From Escherichia phage StefiGeyer_Bas88, in the sequence record PQ850628.1: a DNA stretch of 64,000 bases; one strand, 5' to 3'. The notes below the pieces were generated by a model, which saw only the letters and a program-made list of their open reading frames with translations, was not told where the DNA came from and did no database searches. Each line of letters opens with the position of its first letter. Position 1 is the first letter of the stretch. The translations under genes and the position numbers were made by a program. Shown here piece after piece: positions 56,525 through 64,000 of the stretch.

Positions 56525-57147
56525 AACGTTTCCACCAACTCTACATTATATGATGACAGATCTGAAGAAATATGCTTGAACTTCTCCAGAAGATTTAAAG
56601 ATTGACGACCATTGTCGCCGTAACCAGCAGAAAGATCAACTTGACCTACAAGTGCCCCTTTGTAATAAACTTTACCATCGACAGGGTTGATGTAGATGAA
56701 GCGAGTAACCAGACCTTCGAAGTCAGGATTAAACAGATTATACACCAGCTCTCCCGGAATCGAACGACCCATTGAAGGAGGTGCGCCACGTAATTTGTTC
56801 CCCATCAGACCTTTAGCTCGCTGACGAACAGGGTTGATATGAGTCCAGCTTACCATGTTGTTGCCGTGTTGTAAGTATCCCACATCTGGAGATTCCAGAA
56901 TAAGGCTTTGATCAAACACAGGAATGCCCTGAACAACCTGTCGTTCAAACTGCCCTTCGGCGTTCTTAGACCAGCGTTCAACTTCAAAAGTTAAGGCCAT
57001 TTCTGCTTCGTGAGAGAAGTCATCTTCTCCAAAGCGGTTTGCTTGGTTCACGTTGAGTACATAAAGAGGTAAGTTAATTCCTCGTTCTGCACGTTGGGCA
57101 ATCCATGTTCCGCAATAATAATGCTGAAAATCTCTTAACAGGCTCAC
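56521..57147 (-). CDS. hypothetical protein (cassette member)
   Basis: 208-aa ORF, ATGA coupling. Confidence 0.45.
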   Translation of the reverse strand: MSLLRDFQHYYCGTWIAQRAERGINLPLYVLNVNQANRFGEDDFSHEAEMALTFEVERWSKNAEGQFERQVVQGIPVFDQSLILESPDVGYLQHGNNMVSWTHINPVRQRAKGLMGNKLRGAPPSMGRSIPGELVYNLFNPDFEGLVTRFIYINPVDGKVYYKGALVGQVDLSAGYGDNGRQSLNLLEKFKHISSDLSSYNVELVETL

Positions 57148-57156
57148 GATAACACC

Positions 57157-57963
57157 TTAGATAATCTGGAGTTTAGAGGAGAACTTATCCGCTTCTTTAA
57201 CATCGTTGCTATTGATGATGTTGTGAAGCTTTTCGATAGGCAGACGGGAGTGCAGAGACATGAGAATTTCCATATCACAGCCCTGAATAACCTTATCAAC
57301 TTGATCGTAAACAAACTTACGAGTGGACTGTTCACCAATCCAGAAGTTCGACAGAGAACGGTATTCAATACCATAATCTTTATAACGAATAGCAGATGCC
57401 TTGCCGTAAAGCTCTTTACGACGAGTGTCCTTATCCATAATTACCGCTGGAAGTGACAAGAAGTAATCACACAGAACACCCAGCATCATCTGAGTCTGTC
57501 GAGTTACTTCCAAAGACCCTGCAACACCGAGGTGTACGTGACCGCCAGCAGTACGAAGACCTTTGTCTGTCGCTACCGGAGATGGGTTTTTCTGACCAGT
57601 GAAGGCGTTGAAATCAGGAGTACAGCCAAACACAAAGGCTGATGGATGGAATGATTGCAGCTCTTCAGAAGTGTACACATGAGAACTAATCCCAAGTGCA
57701 GCTTCCATACCACGTTCATTAAGAACTTTGTTGGTCAGATCAATACCACGCTGGATGTTATCATCAAACGCTTCGAACCCTTTCTGTGGGTTAATATCGA
57801 ATTCAGCCAGAACGTTGTCTTCTTGAAGACGAACATCAGGGGCCAGATCAATTTTGTTATCTTTAGAACAGCCCAGCTTACCAGCCACAGAGGTGATAAT
57901 ACCAGAAGCAGTACGAACAAACATTTCAGGGTCAGAACCAATAAGGAAAGCACGCTTAGTCAT
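57157..57963 (-). CDS. second carboxylate-amine ligase-like protein (COOH-NH2 ligase type)
   Basis: ATG at 57963 (overlaps upstream stop); FLIGSDPEMF and GGHVHLGV motifs. Confidence 0.45.
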   Translation of the reverse strand: MTKRAFLIGSDPEMFVRTASGIITSVAGKLGCSKDNKIDLAPDVRLQEDNVLAEFDINPQKGFEAFDDNIQRGIDLTNKVLNERGMEAALGISSHVYTSEELQSFHPSAFVFGCTPDFNAFTGQKNPSPVATDKGLRTAGGHVHLGVAGSLEVTRQTQMMLGVLCDYFLSLPAVIMDKDTRRKELYGKASAIRYKDYGIEYRSLSNFWIGEQSTRKFVYDQVDKVIQGCDMEILMSLHSRLPIEKLHNIINSNDVKEADKFSSKLQII

Positions 57964-58906
57964 TGTAATACTCCACAAGTTCATCAAAAAGGGAAACAAC
58001 ACGGGCACCAGCTTCTTCTGGTGTCATTGAGGAAGGTACTGCTTGCATCAAGCGTTCAATAAAACTGCGAACAGTAATTCTGTCCATACGCTGATCTAAT
58101 ACTTCACGTTTATGGCCTGCACACATTGACCAGAGACGCAACCACTCACTCATACTTTCGTAATAGTCAGGGTCTTGGTCACGACGACGAGCCATACTAC
58201 GAAGAACTCCGTCATTATGGTTTCGTACATAACCATCTCTGTTATCACCAACACCGAACACGTTCTGAACCCATACGTTTTCAGAAAATTCGTCAGTGGT
58301 ACAGACCAGTGGCAAGAATGCAATTGCACTCATTTCGCCAGTAAAATAGGTCGCTGCTGATTCATCATCAGTATCCACATCATGTGAATAATCCCAACGA
58401 CCAAAGAAGTTACGACTTAAACCAGCTAAGCGTAAAGCTAAGCCGATTCGTTGTCGCTTGAGTAACTCTTCCTTGTCTTGAACGCCTTCCTGAAGGAACT
58501 CCATTCCCATAAAATCCCCATCCAGATAACTACGGAGGGTCATTAATCCAGTAAACACCTTGTCTGCTGGGTGGTCTCGAAGGTTCACGGCAACTGAGTT
58601 CACCGAAGTGACAGAGAACATGTTTTTATAGCAAGACATTGAGTTAAAAATGTCTGTTGCTTCAACTAAAGCTCTTTCGATATCTTTAGCTGGTACGCCA
58701 TAAAAATTGTGAGGCCAGAAGTTGATAACTCCAACTTCTGAAGTTCTATCACGAAGGCTTGAGAGATTGATACTGTCGCCATTAATGTCTGTAACAGCAT
58801 ACATATGCTGACAGTTGAAAGTACCAAAACAAGCTCGCCCTCTGAACACTGACTCACCAAAGTTCTCTGATGGTGTTACCGGAGCAGTCGATGCGGAGAT
58901 TGACAT
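57956..58906 (-). CDS. hypothetical protein (cassette member)
   Basis: 316-aa ORF, no recognisable motif. Confidence 0.45.
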   Translation of the reverse strand: MSISASTAPVTPSENFGESVFRGRACFGTFNCQHMYAVTDINGDSINLSSLRDRTSEVGVINFWPHNFYGVPAKDIERALVEATDIFNSMSCYKNMFSVTSVNSVAVNLRDHPADKVFTGLMTLRSYLDGDFMGMEFLQEGVQDKEELLKRQRIGLALRLAGLSRNFFGRWDYSHDVDTDDESAATYFTGEMSAIAFLPLVCTTDEFSENVWVQNVFGVGDNRDGYVRNHNDGVLRSMARRRDQDPDYYESMSEWLRLWSMCAGHKREVLDQRMDRITVRSFIERLMQAVPSSMTPEEAGARVVSLFDELVEYYND

Positions 58907-58914
58907 ATTCGCCT

Positions 58915-60132
58915 CTATTTATTGAAGAATAATTTTTCCAAAATGTTTTCCCACTCTTCTGAGGGACGTACTGTATAATTACTACCTGTCAGTCCATTGG
59001 ACATACTACTGATAATGTTATACATGTTGTAGCTTCGAGCTGAAGCTGTTTCATTGTTCCAGTTATAACCGAACACAATTTTAGCAAAAGATGTTTCAGA
59101 TTCAGCCACCTCTCGGATAAATTCAACCAAGAGTGACTTTTCTGTGATGATTGGGCGGGTATCTTCCGACAGATGGCAATATTGAGGCAAAAGGATTGGC
59201 AAGAACATCGAGTTGTTCACTCGACAATCACGAACACCTTCACTGCGATAGATCAGACTGGAGAAGTCTTCATCACGAAGATGACCTTCACCTCCAGTGT
59301 ATTCACACTGTCGCCATTTGGTCTGGCGAGGCTCAACCATTGTACTACCAACACCCACTGTATACAGAGATGCTTGGAAGATACAGGAATCGTAATCATT
59401 CCCTGTTAAAGCAACACGTTCGTTACCGAACACATCCACTGAAGAGTTGATCAGTCGGCTGAATGCAAGAGAGGCTAAAGGAGACCAGCCCTTCTTATAC
59501 ATCTTGTTCAACATTTCATACACAGCAGATTTTTCATCATCTGTATAGAATGTGCGATTCAACATCAGATAGAACAGAGCACGATCAGCGGGACAGCCAT
59601 CAGTGCAAACACCCATGAACCCTACTTCATGCCATACCAGACATGAGTCAGAGTCTTTGTCCATGAATGCTGCAAAGGTTTCCATAACAACACGATCAGT
59701 GATGTCAGGACGGTTGTTTTCTTCTGCCCACGTTTCCACATGAGAAGGAGGACGAGGGTCTTCATTTTCTAACCCTTCACGGAAATACTGAGTAGCGATA
59801 TATTCAGTATCACCATAACGTCTTACACCGTGAGCTGGAAGATGTGTTCCGGAGTTCCAGATATACTTGATTTCAGACATAGGCAACATATTCTCAAGAA
59901 CGTTCTCTTCAGCAGTGCCTTGACGAACCATCATATTTCCACTCCACACCTTGATGCGGATATTCCAGCCGAAATTACTATCGTATGTATTATAGTAATC
60001 AGGATCACCATCTTCATCATCGTCATAATCACCACCCTGATAGTAACCTGCTTTCAGGAAACCATAACAAGGGGGCCAGACGGTTACAACGTCTTCTGAT
60101 TCTTTCCAGCTTTGAAGTGTTACAGGGAACAT
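58915..60132 (-). CDS. hypothetical protein (cassette member)
   Basis: 405-aa ORF, RBS GAGGT; acidic N-terminal tract DYDDDEDGDPDYY. Confidence 0.45.
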   Translation of the reverse strand: MFPVTLQSWKESEDVVTVWPPCYGFLKAGYYQGGDYDDDEDGDPDYYNTYDSNFGWNIRIKVWSGNMMVRQGTAEENVLENMLPMSEIKYIWNSGTHLPAHGVRRYGDTEYIATQYFREGLENEDPRPPSHVETWAEENNRPDITDRVVMETFAAFMDKDSDSCLVWHEVGFMGVCTDGCPADRALFYLMLNRTFYTDDEKSAVYEMLNKMYKKGWSPLASLAFSRLINSSVDVFGNERVALTGNDYDSCIFQASLYTVGVGSTMVEPRQTKWRQCEYTGGEGHLRDEDFSSLIYRSEGVRDCRVNNSMFLPILLPQYCHLSEDTRPIITEKSLLVEFIREVAESETSFAKIVFGYNWNNETASARSYNMYNIISSMSNGLTGSNYTVRPSEEWENILEKLFFNK

Positions 60133-60143
60133 CTTTTACCTCT

Positions 60144-60506
60144 TTACTCTGCTACCAAAAGGCTCAGAGATTTACGAATGTAGGCAATGCTACGGAAGTT
60201 TCGATAGTTCTCTTGGAAGCGCATCTTTTCAAATTCTGCTTCCTGAAGTTCTACCTCTGCTGCATTGTATCCTGCCACAGCCAAACTCACCACATCCTGA
60301 GGTAAGATATTACGACGACGAATAAGATATTTATTCGCCTTTAGTTTGCTTTGTGCACGAGCCATTTTGGCCTTTGCCGCCTTAATGCCATGAGCAATCC
60401 AGAGCAGTTGCTGCTCCAAATCATTCTCGTCCATGCCACCCAAATCATTTGCTACTTTATGCAGCGTAGACAGGTTCACATGGCCTTTGATGGGGCGTAG
60501 GTTCAT
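60144..60506 (-). CDS. hypothetical protein
   Basis: 120-aa basic ORF. Confidence 0.4.
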   Translation of the reverse strand: MNLRPIKGHVNLSTLHKVANDLGGMDENDLEQQLLWIAHGIKAAKAKMARAQSKLKANKYLIRRRNILPQDVVSLAVAGYNAAEVELQEAEFEKMRFQENYRNFRSIAYIRKSLSLLVAE

Positions 60507-60670
60507 AACTTCTCCTGTTTATCACATTGATTGGTCAGCCAGTTGTAAGCCCCTCTGTTGTTCTTGCTTAACTCACAAGATGCAAAAGAATAGGTTCTGA
60601 CAAACCCCACGGTGGCTAAGCAAATAAAGATTGCTGCCAATAAGAACTTAACTTTCAACTTATTATCCAT
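60505..60670 (-). CDS. small lipoprotein-like protein (54 aa, below ORF-track cutoff)
   Basis: ATG at 60670; MDNKLKVKFLLAAIFICLATVGFVRTYSFASC signal/lipobox-like; stop overlaps next ATG. Confidence 0.3.
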
Positions 60671-60688
60671 ACAACCTCTTCTTTGAAC

Positions 60689-60716
60689 TTAAAAAAGGAC
60701 TCTCCTAAGAGAGCCA
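60689..60716 (-). terminator. intrinsic terminator (minus strand)
   Basis: Minus-strand RNA GGCUCUC-UUAG-GAGAGUCC followed by UUUUUU. Confidence 0.6.
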
Positions 60717-60911
60717 AGCTTTAAGGCCAATTAAATAGATATCACCCAATATCTGTGGATAACCTGCTCTTAAAATATTCTATCCGACGGATGTTCGAGG
60801 ACTATTCCTCTCCCTAGCATCGGCCCCATACGGGTAAGATTAAATTAAGTTTAGGTTAGTTGAGCCAGAATAGCTCACATAGCCCTCTGATACTCACAAG
60901 GGCTATAGATG

Positions 60912-61163
60912 TTACTCTGTGGCTCCGTCAAAGCGAAGGATTGCTGTTGGAACAGGGATTACAACCATGTCAATCTCTAAACGGAAAAGATGTCCTGTAC
61001 TTAGCTGAACTGCTGTTACAGGTTTAGCGATACCACCAACAGATGCTGAGGGGATTCGAATAAAGAAATCCCCCGGATATTCCGTTGCACGAAATACATC
61101 TCCCGGTGACATATCCTTTACTTGGATAATTGATTCAGGAGGGGTTTTATTAGCAATTTGCAT
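60912..61163 (-). CDS. hypothetical protein, PGD-motif paralog family
   Basis: 83 aa; SIIQVKDMSPGDVF...GDFFIRI...VVIPVPTAI shared pattern with 62284-62550 and 62554-62808. Confidence 0.4.
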   Translation of the reverse strand: MQIANKTPPESIIQVKDMSPGDVFRATEYPGDFFIRIPSASVGGIAKPVTAVQLSTGHLFRLEIDMVVIPVPTAILRFDGATE

Positions 61164-61396
61164 TACAGACCTTTCTTAGCACGATCTTTGGCAGTTTTAC
61201 CAGTGCGGATACGATGGGAAACATTAACCAGCTCACCACCTTCGACGATGGTCACGCTTTTATTTTTCGCAATATCAAACACAGATTTCTCTGTGCCGCC
61301 CAGACGAATCTGGCGAGGTTCGCTGAAGGTTTGGGTTGATTTGGACTGGAACTGGAACGGCTGGCGGATGGCATCAATTGCGCTAACTTTAGACAT
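61163..61396 (-). CDS. hypothetical protein
   Basis: 77-aa basic ORF. Confidence 0.4.
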   Translation of the reverse strand: MSKVSAIDAIRQPFQFQSKSTQTFSEPRQIRLGGTEKSVFDIAKNKSVTIVEGGELVNVSHRIRTGKTAKDRAKKGL

Positions 61397-61424
61397 GTTT
61401 CTATTACCTTATATTAAAGAGAGA

Positions 61425-61838
61425 TTAAACAACGAATTGGAACGCTTCGTATCCAAACTTATAAGAGAAGTCGTGCTTAAACTTCACTACACGACCACGA
61501 TCACGGAAAGATTTCAGACGGCTGCTGAACCCAGCCATTGGCTCAGGGTCAATAGGACTACGAATCTTCATAGCTACAGAATGCAGCTTGAAGCGTTTAC
61601 CAGTGCTACAGGCCATCATCACATACTCCATACGAGTAGTCCAGATGTTGAGCACCATGCTTGTTTTCTCCGCTGACCAACCAGTCTTACGGGCGATTTC
61701 CTTATGGATGTTAAGCTCCAAAGGAAGAGGGAATTGCTTGTTGAATGAAGCCGGATAAAGCTTGACCAGAAGATCAATGTTTTCTTTATACGTGAGGTAG
61801 GCCAATTTCTTGCTTACGTTGGGGAATTTCCCAGACAT
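61425..61838 (-). CDS. ProQ/FinO-domain-like RNA-binding protein (putative)
   Basis: YPASFNKQFPLPLELNIHKEIARKTGWSAEKTSMVLNIWTTRMEY resembles ProQ N-terminal FPHCF...PLKIGIFQDL...LRSALRLYTSSWRYL. Confidence 0.45.
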   Translation of the reverse strand: MSGKFPNVSKKLAYLTYKENIDLLVKLYPASFNKQFPLPLELNIHKEIARKTGWSAEKTSMVLNIWTTRMEYVMMACSTGKRFKLHSVAMKIRSPIDPEPMAGFSSRLKSFRDRGRVVKFKHDFSYKFGYEAFQFVV

Positions 61839-62036
61839 TTTTGAAGCTCCAAAACAGCGCCGAAAAGAGAGGCGTCATAGTAGCTAAAGGGAGGAGAGAA
61901 GAGGGCTTATTTACTTGCCTTTTTCTGTCCGTTAATGTACCAGATAACTGAGCCATCAGGCTGTCGTTGACCGAAGCCTTTCAAGTTAACCATTTCTTCT
62001 TCAGAGTAGGCACGTTTTCTCACTGATTTTCTCCTG

Positions 62037-62294
62037 TCAATAGAAGGTGTGTGTAGAGTCGTCGTTCATAGATAACCAAACAAAGAAGACAATCACACAG
62101 AAAGCAATAATACCGAGAATTGCAAGGATTATAGTGTTAGCTAATGTGATATCTAACACGCTTTGCAGATACATAAAGAACTGTACGACACCACATATCA
62201 TTAGCACGACACCAACAACAATGAGGAGCCAATATGTGCAGAGAAGGGCTGCATCCAATAGTGACACATATTTTGGATGATCTTTACGTTTCAC
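62037..62294 (-). CDS. small membrane protein
   Basis: 85 aa with two hydrophobic helices. Confidence 0.4.
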   Translation of the reverse strand: MKRKDHPKYVSLLDAALLCTYWLLIVVGVVLMICGVVQFFMYLQSVLDITLANTIILAILGIIAFCVIVFFVWLSMNDDSTHTFY

Positions 62295-62550
62295 TAACCT
62301 TCTCCACTAAATCCAGAGTTGCTGATTCAAATACAACACCAACTGGCATATTAGGTGCCATATTACGAACGTACCCACTCTGCATAGACACGGCTCGAGA
62401 GTATTCAGAACCGTTAGAGCTTTTGTTTACCTTCATGTAAAGGGTTTGTTCTTTATCTTCTTTAAGGGTAAAGAAAGAGCCGGGAAGAATCCCCTGAACA
62501 GTCAGAGGGATATCTGCAACATGAGTCTTATTGATAGTAAGAACTGTCAT
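62284..62550 (-). CDS. hypothetical protein, PGD-motif paralog family
   Basis: 88 aa; DIPLTVQGILPGSFF... Confidence 0.4.
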   Translation of the reverse strand: MTVLTINKTHVADIPLTVQGILPGSFFTLKEDKEQTLYMKVNKSSNGSEYSRAVSMQSGYVRNMAPNMPVGVVFESATLDLVEKVSET

Positions 62551-62553
62551 TGC

Positions 62554-62808
62554 TTATTCCTTAATAATTGCTTCAGCTTTAATAGGAATAACAGCAACAT
62601 CTTTACGAGGCGCTGTCGCTCGGCCTGTGTTAAGACAGGCTACAAGTCTATGCTCGTCCGCACCCTTAATGCACAAGCGAGTGGAGAACTCTGTAGAGAG
62701 TAAGATGTATAAATCACCATCTTCACTGTTAGGGTACATGAAGCAATCCCCAAGTCGCAAAGCACTGAGAGGTATTGAATTTTTACCTGCTGGCATGTTA
62801 ACTTTCAT
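62554..62808 (-). CDS. hypothetical protein, PGD-motif paralog family
   Basis: 84 aa; SIPLSALRLGDCF...GDLYILL...VAVIPIKAEAI. Confidence 0.4.
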   Translation of the reverse strand: MKVNMPAGKNSIPLSALRLGDCFMYPNSEDGDLYILLSTEFSTRLCIKGADEHRLVACLNTGRATAPRKDVAVIPIKAEAIIKE

Positions 62809-63084
62809 TTAACCACCTTTAGTTATGGACCAATTTATGAGAGAACTCTCGGAAGAATGCTTTCATAAATAGGGGGAGGGGACGAATCCTCCCATATCCT
62901 ATTAATTAATGTTGCATGTAAGACCTAACAATCCGATGCTGTAGTGGATAGCGTAAAATGCTTACCGGCATTAAACCCAGCCCATGAGGGGCTTATGTGA
63001 TTAAAATGCTCAACATTGAGCGGTTAGTTGATAGGAGATCTGAAGTCCTATCTCAAAGGACTCTCGTAAGAATCCTTCACGATA

Positions 63085-63339
63085 TTACTTAGTAACAAAG
63101 ATTGTCACCTTATCCATTACCCAGCCTATCAACATAAGGAAAGGTAAGAAGAGGATAAAGATCAGCATAAAAGGCCAGAAGAATATCACCGTCCAAATAG
63201 AATATTCATCAGGCTTACCACTCCATGAGGAATGGAAGAAGTTGTAGAGTGTATTGGTTTTGAAGCACCATTTAACTACAATGGCTGCTAACCACCAACC
63301 AATAACATAAATCAGGAGGACATACGCTGCTGTAACCAT
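63085..63339 (-). CDS. small membrane protein
   Basis: 84 aa, two hydrophobic helices, Trp-rich. Confidence 0.4.
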   Translation of the reverse strand: MVTAAYVLLIYVIGWWLAAIVVKWCFKTNTLYNFFHSSWSGKPDEYSIWTVIFFWPFMLIFILFLPFLMLIGWVMDKVTIFVTK

Positions 63340-63566
63340 TCACCGTTCCATTGATAGTTGCGAGTTACCACGTTTCCGTGGATAAGGAAGTGCTGGCGGC
63401 GAAGGATATCTTTAACGTTGTAATAGGCAGCGTTTCCGATATGACCTTCTTTGATAAGCCAGCGCAGATTACGAATATCAACCAACAACATCTTTACTTG
63501 CTGTTGGCATGAAGTTTGAGCCGCTGTTTCAAGTAGAGCTTTCGTATCAGAATAATGACCAGACAT
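63312..63566 (-). CDS. hypothetical protein
   Basis: 84-aa ORF. Confidence 0.4.
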   Translation of the reverse strand: MSGHYSDTKALLETAAQTSCQQQVKMLLVDIRNLRWLIKEGHIGNAAYYNVKDILRRQHFLIHGNVVTRNYQWNGEWLQQRMSS

Positions 63567-63567
63567 A

Positions 63568-63894
63568 TCACCACTCCTTACCTGTTGTTGTCACAGAGCC
63601 ACCACACAGCTCACCACGAGAGATGAAGTCATAACGTGACCAATCACCTTGCGTCTCCATGTCACGCTCTGCATAAGCCTTCTCGTCAACAGCACCGCCA
63701 TTGGAACAAGAAGCACCAGCATAACGCATATCAATTTCTCCACTAGGAATCTTCTCTCCGCTATGCCAACGGGAAACACAGACACCTTCTACAGATAATG
63801 CACACCACCCATCAGGACGATGCTGTACGCAGCCTGTAAGAGCTACACAGGTGATAAAGATACAGGTTAAGGTAATTACACCACCCCAGCTCAT
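63568..63894 (-). CDS. lipoprotein (Cys-rich), superinfection-exclusion candidate
   Basis: Signal peptide with canonical lipobox LTGC (ITLTCIFITCVALTGC); RBS GGAGGG; 108 aa. Confidence 0.45.
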   Translation of the reverse strand: MSWGGVITLTCIFITCVALTGCVQHRPDGWCALSVEGVCVSRWHSGEKIPSGEIDMRYAGASCSNGGAVDEKAYAERDMETQGDWSRYDFISRGELCGGSVTTTGKEW

Positions 63895-64000
63895 GATCCC
63901 TCCTGAAGCGCCTTACGGCGGCTATCTCGCCAAGCCATCCATAGGTAGGTTTTAAGTTCTTCTCTTTCTTCTTCGCTGAACAGAGGAGAAGTAAAGATAT
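63893..64000 (-). CDS. partial CDS (3' end only; gene continues beyond the window)
   Basis: Open frame to the window edge; stop overlaps the downstream ATG (ATGA). Confidence 0.3.

Noticed and set aside
62809-63084. Possible tRNA in the 275-bp intergenic gap (GGGGACGAATCCTCCC resembles a T-arm)
   Set aside because: Loop reads ACGAATC rather than the TTCRANY T-loop consensus, and no acceptor/anticodon cloverleaf could be built by eye; more likely a regulatory or terminator region.
1-64000. CRISPR arrays, integrase, transposase or prophage attachment sites
   Set aside because: No spaced direct-repeat arrays, no tyrosine/serine recombinase motifs and no IS-like inverted repeats were seen; the window looks like a lytic phage genome.

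Overview
This 64-kb window reads as most of a tailed dsDNA phage genome with two convergent modules. The identification as a phiEco32-like (Kuravirus-type) podovirus is an inference from gene content (phage sigma factor, amide-ligase cassette, ThyX, dCTP deaminase) and enterobacterial-like codon usage; no database search was run. Plus strand, 1-29371: morphogenesis module (large terminase, portal, scaffold, major capsid with a probable -1 frameshift Ig-domain extension, two tail fibres, an embedded T4-type lysozyme, virion proteins including a lytic transglycosylase and a 1472-aa protein). Minus strand, 29510-64000: replication, nucleotide-metabolism and early genes (5'-3' exonuclease, dNMP kinase, sigma-70-family factor, spanin pair, SSB, family-A DNA polymerase, PhoH, ThyX, thioredoxin, Dps-like protein, dCTP deaminase, nucleotidyltransferase, DEDD exonuclease, primase-helicase, many small ORFans). 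The modules meet at a bidirectional terminator near 29377-29415. The strongest candidate for an uncharacterised system is a minus-strand cassette at 50674-60132 encoding an ATP-grasp enzyme, a class-II glutamine amidotransferase with zinc ribbons, two glutamine-synthetase-like carboxylate-amine ligases, a gamma-glutamyl-cyclotransferase-like protein and several unknowns; it looks like machinery for building or attaching an amide-linked small molecule or peptide tag. Other notable points are a likely non-AUG start on the amidotransferase, a ThyX with RHR replaced by KHQ, a split DNA polymerase, a CCA-enzyme-like nucleotidyltransferase, a ProQ/FinO-like protein, and several small paralog families. 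All domain calls are from motifs read by eye in the ORF translations. No tRNA, CRISPR array, integrase or transposase was found.
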